NCBI GenBank assembly: GCA_963707025.1
Contig: CAVPOM010000003.1
Coordinates: 256,001-320,000, forward strand
DNA: 64,000 bases
Reading direction: 5' to 3'
Origin: an uncultured Verrucomicrobiae bacterium
Lineage (GTDB): Bacteria > Verrucomicrobiota > Verrucomicrobiia > Limisphaerales > Palsa-1400
Of the stretch, positions 57,254 through 64,000 are shown piece by piece. Position 1 is the first letter of the stretch. The number at the start of each line of letters is the position of its first letter. Below the pieces are notes generated by a model. The model worked only from the letters and a program-made list of their open reading frames with translations. It had not been told where the DNA came from and searched no databases. The position numbers and the translations under genes were made by a program.

Positions 57254-57323
57254 AGATTAGGATTAAGATTAGGATTGAGAGGAGCGCCCTGACCGCCCAC
57301 TGCAAACCACATGGCTCATCCTC

Positions 57324-57941
57324 TCATTTTCCAGCGATCCGCCTGGAGACATACCGGCTTCCTTCCAGCGAATAACGCAGCGGCCAATCCGCCGCTTTGC
57401 TGATGCCGACCCGGCGGGTGACGACGACCGGCTGGCGTGACCGGCGGAACCCCCTCACCTTCGGATGGCGGGCCAGCAGCAACGCCGACCCGGCGTCGCA
57501 CAAATCCGCGCCGTCCAGTTCCCGCTGGATTCCCAGGGCCGCGCAAAGTTTTCCCGGACCGTTGGTCAACTGAAGGTCAGCCTGGCCCGGCCGGTTGCCG
57601 CGCAGAATCTCCAGGCCGAATTGCGCTTCCACCGCCCGGATCAGCACCGCCTCCGCCTTTCCGGCCCCGCGGCAAACCGCGTTCACGCAAAAATGGTTCC
57701 CATAGATAAAATAAACATAGGCCCGCCCCGGCGGCCCGTACATCGTGCGGTTTCGCGCGGTTTCGCCCGCGAACCCGTGGGAGGCTGGATCATCCTGCAA
57801 ATAGGCTTCCGTTTCCACGATGGGCCCCCCGCAGAATCCCGCCGCCGTCCGGCGGATCAGCCAATGGCCGAGCAACCGCCGGGCGACCACCGCCGCCGAG
57901 GGCGCGAAAAAAGAGCGGGGCAGCGGAGAGAATTTCGTCAT
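57324..57941 (-). CDS. mpg: DNA-3-methyladenine glycosylase (MPG/AAG family)
   Basis: IVETEAY, DPASH, AYVYFIYGNHFCVN, AVLIRA, NGPGKLCAALGI. Confidence 0.92.
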   Translation of the reverse strand: MTKFSPLPRSFFAPSAAVVARRLLGHWLIRRTAAGFCGGPIVETEAYLQDDPASHGFAGETARNRTMYGPPGRAYVYFIYGNHFCVNAVCRGAGKAEAVLIRAVEAQFGLEILRGNRPGQADLQLTNGPGKLCAALGIQRELDGADLCDAGSALLLARHPKVRGFRRSRQPVVVTRRVGISKAADWPLRYSLEGSRYVSRRIAGK

Positions 57942-58855
57942 CCAACGGCACCAGGCGCGGCGGGCAAGCTGAATTCGTCGGCGTGGTAGGAACTGCGCAC
58001 CATCGGACCGCTGGCGACATGGAGGAAACCGAGCTGTTCGGCCACGGTCTTGTAGTGCGCGAAGCGGGCCGGGGAGATGAAGGCCACCACCGGCAAATGT
58101 CGCAGGGTCGGTTGCAGGTACTGGCCCAGCGTCAGCAGGTCGCAACGGGCGCGGCGCAGATCGGCCAGGGCGGTGAAAAGTTCCTCCTCCGTTTCCCCCA
58201 GCCCCAGCATCAAACCGGACTTGGTCACGATGGCCTCTCCGCGCCGGGCCTTGACTTTGCCCAGGACGCTGAGGGAACGATCATAAGTGGCACGGTGGCG
58301 CACGGCGGGGGTGAGACGCCGGACGGTTTCCAGGTTGTGATTGTAAATGTCGGGACGGGCGGCGAGGACGGAATCAATGGAGGCGTCGTTGTCAAGAAAA
58401 TCGGGGACCAAGACTTCGATGACGGTTCCGGGGTTGAGTTGGCGGACTTTTTCGATGGTCCGGCCGAAGTGGCCGGCGCCGCCATCGGGCAGATCGTCGC
58501 GGGCCACGGCGGTGACCACGACGTGTTTGAGCCCCAAGCGGCGGGTGGCTTCGGCGACGCGGGCCGGTTCGTCGGTTTCCAGGGGAAGCGGTTTGGCGGT
58601 GCTGACGGCGCAAAAGCCGCAGGCGCGGGTGCAATGATCGCCGGCGATCATGAAAGTGGCGGTGCTCCTGCTCCAGCATTCCCAATGGTTGGGGCATTTG
58701 GCGCTCTGGCAAACGGTGTGGAGCTTGAGTTCTTCCAGGAGCGCGCGGGTCTGGCTGAAGCCCTGGTGGACGGGCAGTTGGAAGCGCAGCCATTCCGGCA
58801 GGCGCGGGCGGGATGGCGGCGTTGTCTCAGTCGTGTTCACGTTGCTCTGGCTCAA
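57938..58855 (-). CDS. lipA: Lipoyl synthase
   Basis: CQSAKCPNHWEC, CTRACGFC, HNLETV, GQYLQP, VRSSYHA. Confidence 0.95.
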   Translation of the reverse strand: MSQSNVNTTETTPPSRPRLPEWLRFQLPVHQGFSQTRALLEELKLHTVCQSAKCPNHWECWSRSTATFMIAGDHCTRACGFCAVSTAKPLPLETDEPARVAEATRRLGLKHVVVTAVARDDLPDGGAGHFGRTIEKVRQLNPGTVIEVLVPDFLDNDASIDSVLAARPDIYNHNLETVRRLTPAVRHRATYDRSLSVLGKVKARRGEAIVTKSGLMLGLGETEEELFTALADLRRARCDLLTLGQYLQPTLRHLPVVAFISPARFAHYKTVAEQLGFLHVASGPMVRSSYHADEFSLPAAPGAVG

Positions 58856-59094
58856 ATTGCTTCCAGAATAGTGCCAGTTGTCCGGGGTCGAAGTCAGCCA
58901 AAATCTGGCCGTCCGCCTCGATGACCGGGGCGAGTGTCTGTCCGGATAATGCCCGCATTTCCTGGCGTGCGGCGCGGCTGGAACGTCACGTCAATCAGAT
59001 CGTAACGGATGCCTTTTGCGTCCAGCCAGGCCTGCGCCTCGCGGCACCAAGCGCACCAGGGTTTGACAAACAGACGAACATGTTCCGGTTTCAT
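58827..59094 (-). CDS. Glutaredoxin-like protein; one extra base near 58983
   Basis: KPWCAWC; corrected frame continues EMRALSGQTLAPVIEADG. Confidence 0.75.
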
Positions 59095-59242
59095 CTTGCA
59101 CATTCAGTTTAAACTTTAAGCCGTCTTATTCGAGTTTTAAACTTCTGTTGTGAAGCGTTTTGAAAGCGAGGGCCGATTTTCGGCCGAGCTGCGAGACGAA
59201 TCCCAAGTTGCCTTATGCCGGGAACGGCGGTATTGTTTTAGT

Positions 59243-59434
59243 ATGATTACAACTGGTCCCTTTGATCTGCCTCCGGACGAAAGGCTGGAATTGGCCCGTC
59301 GTTTGGTTGAAAGCGTGGTGGCGCCCGAACCTTTGAATGAGGCGGTTCTTGAGGGCATCCGGCGGATCGAGGATATTGCCACGGGTCGTACGCAAGGATT
59401 GACAGAAGAGCAATACCGCGCGGCCTTGAAATGA
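59243..59434 (+). CDS. Addiction-module antitoxin
   Basis: DLPPDERLELARRLVESV...RRIEDIATG; ATGA overlap with toxin. Confidence 0.75.
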   Translation: MITTGPFDLPPDERLELARRLVESVVAPEPLNEAVLEGIRRIEDIATGRTQGLTEEQYRAALK

Positions 59435-59755
59435 CCGTGTTTTTTCATCCCGAGTTTCCGGGTGATATTCGGAAATTTGAAGTCAGCTATTTGCCAGTTT
59501 CCAAAGGTCTCGCGGCGCGGTTCCGCAAGGAAGTTGACGATGCGGTCGAGGCAATCCAAACATCTCCGCGCAGCGCCGGCCACCTGCTGGCGCCACGGAT
59601 CATCTGCGGCCGGCGAACTGCGACAAAGAAATGTGCGGTCCTTTCCATTCTTCGTCCTTTACGGCATAGTGGGCGACCGGTTGATTTTCGGCTCGATCAT
59701 CCCGAGCCGTTCCGATCCCTTGACTTGGCTGACCCGTTTTTCTGGAAAAAATTGA
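59431..59755 (+). CDS. RelE/ParE-family toxin; one extra base near 59590
   Basis: FHPEF...GLAARFRKEVDDAVEAIQTSP then LRQRNVRSFPFFVLY...RSDPLTW. Confidence 0.75.
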
Positions 59756-59825
59756 CTTTCGCCTGGCAGCATTTCGCCCGCTTGCTTCCAAGCGGCCACT
59801 AAAGCCAATAAGCACTTCAACGCTC

Positions 59826-60764
59826 TTATTCGGTGGGGAGCCAGAGGCGGCCGAAGAATTTTTCCCAGTTGGCCTGGCCGAGGAAGACCCCGGCGCCGAT
59901 CAGGATCATGGCGGGCCAGAAGGTGCCGGTCAGTTGTTCGCCGAGGCAGAAATAGGCCCAGGCGGTGGAACTGAGCGGAACCAAATTGTTGAACAAATAG
60001 ACCCGGCTGGTCGGCCAATGGCGCAAGGCGCTGTTCCAAATGGCAAAGGCCACCACGCCGCCGCCCAGCACGCAAACCAGTTGGGCCAAAATCAGGCTGC
60101 TGCGGACCGGGACGGCCTGGTGGGTGAACAACTCCCCGGCGGCAAAGGGGGCGAGGATGAGGCCGGCCCGCCAGAAGGTGTGGGCGCTGACCTCCGCCCC
60201 GTTGAGGTCGCGGCCCAAGGCGTGGCATTGATGGCCAAAATTGGTCCAGAGAACGCTGCAAGAAAAGCCCAGGAGTTCGCCCGTCAGGCTGCCCCGGCCG
60301 GTGCGCAGAGCGGGCCAAAGCAGAACGAGCACGCCGCAGAAGGCGAGGGCGGAAGCGCCGTAACGCTGGGCGGATTTCCAGCTTTTTTCGGGCCATCCTT
60401 CCCAGAGCAAGGCCCAAACGGGCGAGGCCCCGAGGTAAAGCACGACATGCGACAGGGCGGTGAGTTTCAAGGCCCAATTAAACACCACTATGTAAGCGGC
60501 CAGGCTCAGCCCGCCGCGCCACCACAAACGGCGGTTTAAATCCGGCGGCACGGCATGGATTTCGCCGAACCATTTTGTCCAGCGGAGCAGCGCCACCAGA
60601 ATCAGCCCCGCTGCCAGGAACCTCGTGCTCCCCGTAAAATTGGCCGGCCAACTTTTGAGGATGAATTTGGCGGCCGCGTTGTTTGCGCCCCAAATGAAAA
60701 TGGCCAGGAACAGTTCGGCGGCGATGATGGTGTTGTTCGGCTTATTTTGCACGTTCGACAACAA
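59826..60764 (-). CDS. DMT/EamA-family transporter
   Basis: IWGAN, TRFLAAG, ~10 TM segments, LGEQLT. Confidence 0.85.
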   Translation of the reverse strand: MLSNVQNKPNNTIIAAELFLAIFIWGANNAAAKFILKSWPANFTGSTRFLAAGLILVALLRWTKWFGEIHAVPPDLNRRLWWRGGLSLAAYIVVFNWALKLTALSHVVLYLGASPVWALLWEGWPEKSWKSAQRYGASALAFCGVLVLLWPALRTGRGSLTGELLGFSCSVLWTNFGHQCHALGRDLNGAEVSAHTFWRAGLILAPFAAGELFTHQAVPVRSSLILAQLVCVLGGGVVAFAIWNSALRHWPTSRVYLFNNLVPLSSTAWAYFCLGEQLTGTFWPAMILIGAGVFLGQANWEKFFGRLWLPTE

Positions 60765-60788
60765 TCCTTTTGCACCGCCGTCGCGGGC

Positions 60789-62498
60789 TTACGAAAGGAG
60801 CAGTTCCAGGATTTTTGCCACGGCATCATCGGCTTTGACCAGGGTCAACTGCCCGCCGCGCCGCTTCAGTTCGACTTCGCCCTTGGCCAGGGATTTTTCG
60901 CCAATGGCCAGACGAATCGGGAACCCAACCAGTTCGGAATCCTTGAACTTGGAGCCGGGACGCTCGTCGCGGTCGTCCAGGATGACCTCCACGCCCTTGG
61001 CGGTGAGTTCGGCGTAGATTCTTTCTGCGACTTGCATGACGGCGCTGGCGGGAGCGACGGTCAAGGGGGTGAGACAAACGGTGTAGGGGGCGATGGCCAC
61101 GGGCCAGAGGATGCCGTCCTTGTCGTGGGATTGTTCGATGACGGCTTGCATGGTCCGGGCAATGCCGATGCCGTAGGAACCCATGATGGCGGGTTGTTGT
61201 TTGCCGGATTCGTCGAGGAACAGAGCGTTGAGGGCCTTGCTGTATTTGGTGCCAAGTTTGAAGAGGTGGCCGACTTCGATGGCGCGGCGGATGGCCAGGG
61301 GGTGGCCGCAATGGGGACAGGCTTCGCCGGCTTGGACGAGACGCAGATCGCTCCACCCGTTGACCTGGATGTCGCGGGCCATGTCAACCTGCCGCAGATG
61401 AAATCCATCTTCGTTGGCCCCGGTGGTCATGCCGGTCGCGCCTTGCAAGGATTCATCGGCGTGAACGGGCAGGTCTTTTACGCCGACGGCGCCGAGGCTG
61501 CCGGGATGGGCGTGGAGGACCGCAAAAATTTCTGCCGGCTCGGCGGGGCGGAAGTTGGTGGTCACCAAGGCGGCGGTGAGTTTGGCCTCATTGAGTTGAT
61601 GATCGCCGCGCAGGAGGATGAGAACGGGTTTGTCGGCGACGATATAAACCAGGGTTTTGATCTGGCGCTCCGGCCGGACATGGAAGGGAGCGGCGGCCAG
61701 GGCATCAATTGTAACCACGCCGGGGGTGGCAAATTTTTCGGGAGCGGGCGAAGGGACGGCGGCGGGCTGGACTTGGGCCACGCGGCTGGCGGCTTTTTCG
61801 ATGCTGGCGGAGCGGTGGCAGGCTTCACAGGAAACGATTTCGTTCTCGCCCGTTTCGGCCGGGACCATGAATTCATGGGAGAATTTTCCGCCCATGACGC
61901 CGGTGTCGGCCTCGACCGGGATGGCGCGCAAGCCGCAGCGCTGAAAAATGCGGGTGTAGGCGTCAAACATTTTTTGGTAGGCGGCGGCGCAGGCCTCGTC
62001 GGTGGCGTCGAAGGTATAGGCGTCCTTCATGATGAATTCGCGGGTGCGCATGAGGCCGAAGCGGGGGCGGATTTCGTCGCGGAATTTGGTTTGGATTTGA
62101 TAGAAATTCTTGGGCAACTGGCGGTAGGAACTCAGTTCGCCGGCCATCATGGTGGCGGTGGCTTCCTCGTGGGTGGGGCCGAGGACCCATTCTCTTTTGG
62201 CGCGGTCATAGGCCTTGAAGAGGACGCCTTTGGCGGTTTCGTAGCGGCCGCTTTGCTGCCAGATTTCAGGCGGTTGCAGGGCGGGCATGAGAATCTCCAG
62301 GGCGCCGGCGCGGTCCATTTCCTCGCGCACGATTTGCTCGACCTTTTTCAGGGCGCGCAAGCCGAGCGGCAGAAAGGTGTAGAGGCCGCCGGCCAGCTTG
62401 CGGATGAGGCCGGCGCGGAGCAGGAGTTGGTGCGAGGGGATTTCGGCTTCGGCCGGGGTTTCCTTGAGGGTGGGGATGAAGGTTTGGGTCCAGCGCAT
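60789..62498 (-). CDS. proS: Proline--tRNA ligase
   Basis: PTLKETPAEAEIPSHQLLLRAG, LGPTHEE, FRDEIRPRFGLMRTREF, IEVGHLFKLGTKYS. Confidence 0.97.
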   Translation of the reverse strand: MRWTQTFIPTLKETPAEAEIPSHQLLLRAGLIRKLAGGLYTFLPLGLRALKKVEQIVREEMDRAGALEILMPALQPPEIWQQSGRYETAKGVLFKAYDRAKREWVLGPTHEEATATMMAGELSSYRQLPKNFYQIQTKFRDEIRPRFGLMRTREFIMKDAYTFDATDEACAAAYQKMFDAYTRIFQRCGLRAIPVEADTGVMGGKFSHEFMVPAETGENEIVSCEACHRSASIEKAASRVAQVQPAAVPSPAPEKFATPGVVTIDALAAAPFHVRPERQIKTLVYIVADKPVLILLRGDHQLNEAKLTAALVTTNFRPAEPAEIFAVLHAHPGSLGAVGVKDLPVHADESLQGATGMTTGANEDGFHLRQVDMARDIQVNGWSDLRLVQAGEACPHCGHPLAIRRAIEVGHLFKLGTKYSKALNALFLDESGKQQPAIMGSYGIGIARTMQAVIEQSHDKDGILWPVAIAPYTVCLTPLTVAPASAVMQVAERIYAELTAKGVEVILDDRDERPGSKFKDSELVGFPIRLAIGEKSLAKGEVELKRRGGQLTLVKADDAVAKILELLLS

Positions 62499-62514
62499 AA
62501 AAACGGGCCGAATC

Positions 62515-63270
62515 TCATTTTACCGAGTTGACCAGGGGCGACAGGCCCTGGATGCGCACTTCCAGACGGTCGCCGGATTGGATCGGGCCCACGCCGCTGG
62601 GAGTGCCGGTCAGGATGATGTCGCCCGGCAGCAGGGTCATGTTGGTGGAGACAAAACTGACCAGGTGGTGACAATCGAAGATGAGCTGGCTGGTGTTGGA
62701 GTTCTGGCGGAGCTGGCCGTTCTGGAACAATTGAATGGTCAGATCACGCGGGTCCGCCTTGGTTTCGACAAAGGGCCCGAGCGGGGTGAAGGTGTCGAAG
62801 GACTTGGCCCGGGCCCATTGGCTCTCGGCGTTTTGGATGGTGCGGTCGCTGATGTCCTGGGCGGCGGTGAAACCCAGGATGTAACGCGACGCGCCGGCGG
62901 GGGTGACGTTGCGGACGCGGCGGCCCATGACAATGGCCAGCTCGGCTTCGTAATCGGTGCGATGCTGGGGAAAGGGGATTTCAATCTTGCCGCCGTCCGG
63001 CAGAAGGGAGGTGGCGGCTTTGAACCAGAAGAGCGGTTCCTTGGGCAGCGCCTTGCCCTGCTCGCGGGCGTGGTCGGCATAATTGAGGCCGATGGCGATG
63101 ATCTTGGAAGGGGCCACCGGCGTGAGCATTTTGAGGCCCTTGGACGGCATTGGTCTCTTGTCGAAAGAGGGAGAGCCAAAAACGTCGCCGCGCAGGCGAA
63201 ATAATTCGCCTTCAACCACCTTGGCGTAAAAGATCTCGTTGCCTTTCTGAAACCTGCCGATCGCTGCCAT
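62515..63270 (-). CDS. Fumarylacetoacetate hydrolase family protein
   Basis: KIIAIGLNYADH, DYEAEL, AKSFDTFTPLGP, GDIILTGTPSGV. Confidence 0.92.
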   Translation of the reverse strand: MAAIGRFQKGNEIFYAKVVEGELFRLRGDVFGSPSFDKRPMPSKGLKMLTPVAPSKIIAIGLNYADHAREQGKALPKEPLFWFKAATSLLPDGGKIEIPFPQHRTDYEAELAIVMGRRVRNVTPAGASRYILGFTAAQDISDRTIQNAESQWARAKSFDTFTPLGPFVETKADPRDLTIQLFQNGQLRQNSNTSQLIFDCHHLVSFVSTNMTLLPGDIILTGTPSGVGPIQSGDRLEVRIQGLSPLVNSVK

Positions 63271-63323
63271 ACGTGCCCTTACTAATAACAAATTCAACTC
63301 TCCTCGCAAGGAAAATGGGCCGG

Positions 63324-63983
63324 TCAGGATGAGGCCGCCTGGCCGGTGTCCTCGGCGGCGGGGGCGAGGGACGGTTCCGCCGGCCCGGTTTCCGCCTCCG
63401 GCTCCTCCTTCTCCTCCTCTTGCGCCGGGGCCTCCTCCATGGCTTCCGACAATTTCATGGCGCCCACAAAAAGTCCGGTAAAAATGCCGCCGCTCAAGAA
63501 GGTGCCTCGGAAAAACTCCCAGGTGGAGGGGTAGCCGGGTTGCCCGGTGGTGAGGGCTCTGATCCATTCAGCCAAAGTTTTTCCATACCACGGGCCCAGC
63601 CATGCGCCCGTGTTGGAAATCAGATAAAATAGGATGGCCCCCAAAATGCCGCCGCTCCACAACGTGGCAAAAGAACGCTTCTTCGCCCCAAGGGCGCATC
63701 CCAGCCAGATCAAGACCGCGTAAGCGACATAATTGCCGGCCTGGTCCCGCGCGAAGGTGAGCAAAGTGCAATCCTTTGGATGGTAATAGCAAAAGGTCAG
63801 GAGCAGGTCGGTCGCCACGACTACCGCCAAGGGAACAGTCCAGGCCAGACGCCGCGGCAGGCACAAGCCGGCGCAAAAACAGAGGGCGTAGGTCGCGCTG
63901 AAATTTTGCGGCATGGCTCCAGGCCAGCGGCTCAAGGCGAAAATTAAAATCAGCGCCACCGGCCAGAGGATTTTACTTTTCAC
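63324..63983 (-). CDS. Membrane protein, DUF6580/ECF S-component-like
   Basis: SRWPGAMPQNFS, ILFYLISN.GAW; multiple TM segments. Confidence 0.7.
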   Translation of the reverse strand: MKSKILWPVALILIFALSRWPGAMPQNFSATYALCFCAGLCLPRRLAWTVPLAVVVATDLLLTFCYYHPKDCTLLTFARDQAGNYVAYAVLIWLGCALGAKKRSFATLWSGGILGAILFYLISNTGAWLGPWYGKTLAEWIRALTTGQPGYPSTWEFFRGTFLSGGIFTGLFVGAMKLSEAMEEAPAQEEEKEEPEAETGPAEPSLAPAAEDTGQAASS

Positions 63984-64000
63984 GCGGCCATCATAGCGCC

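Larger units (their letters stand above)
56185..57277. repeat. Inverted hexamer arrays (TAATCY)n ... (GATTAR)n split by IS630 copy 2
   Basis: 56185-56227 and 57254-57277. Confidence 0.75.

Noticed and set aside
1..64000. tRNA or rRNA genes
   Set aside because: No cloverleaf or rRNA-like stretch recognised by eye; tRNAscan-SE/Infernal would be needed to exclude small RNAs

Overview
GC-rich bacterial chromosomal segment. Gene content and repeat families suggest Verrucomicrobiota (Pedosphaera-like); this is an inference. Scattered single-base indels in both host and phage-like genes look like long-read assembly errors. Left part (1-12.6 kb): an attenuator-led small gene, an ARC ATPase + Dop pair, pyrF, usp and an RND efflux operon. 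Centre (12992-37080): a single-strand, ~24-kb phage-derived morphogenesis cluster. It carries a lipoprotein and lipase at the lysis position, a Mu-like gp25/26/TerS/TerL module, an HK97-type portal-protease fusion and capsid, and non-contractile tail genes. No integrase, transposase, repressor, replication gene or recognisable endolysin is visible. The cluster is saturated with REP-like and short tandem repeats, often inserted in frame. It also encodes four Sec-signal proteins (including LamG and DUF4038 glycosidase-like), and three of these signal peptides are partly spelled by the repeats. This is the best candidate for an undescribed system: a domesticated, GTA-like particle, with a decaying prophage as the alternative. 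Right part: ubiX/ubiA, an AT-rich islet with an IS3, an rtcB 3' remnant, a second efflux/two-component operon, housekeeping genes (uppP, trmB, mpg, lipA, proS), a second IS630 copy and a toxin-antitoxin pair. All family assignments come from motif recognition by eye, not from database searches.
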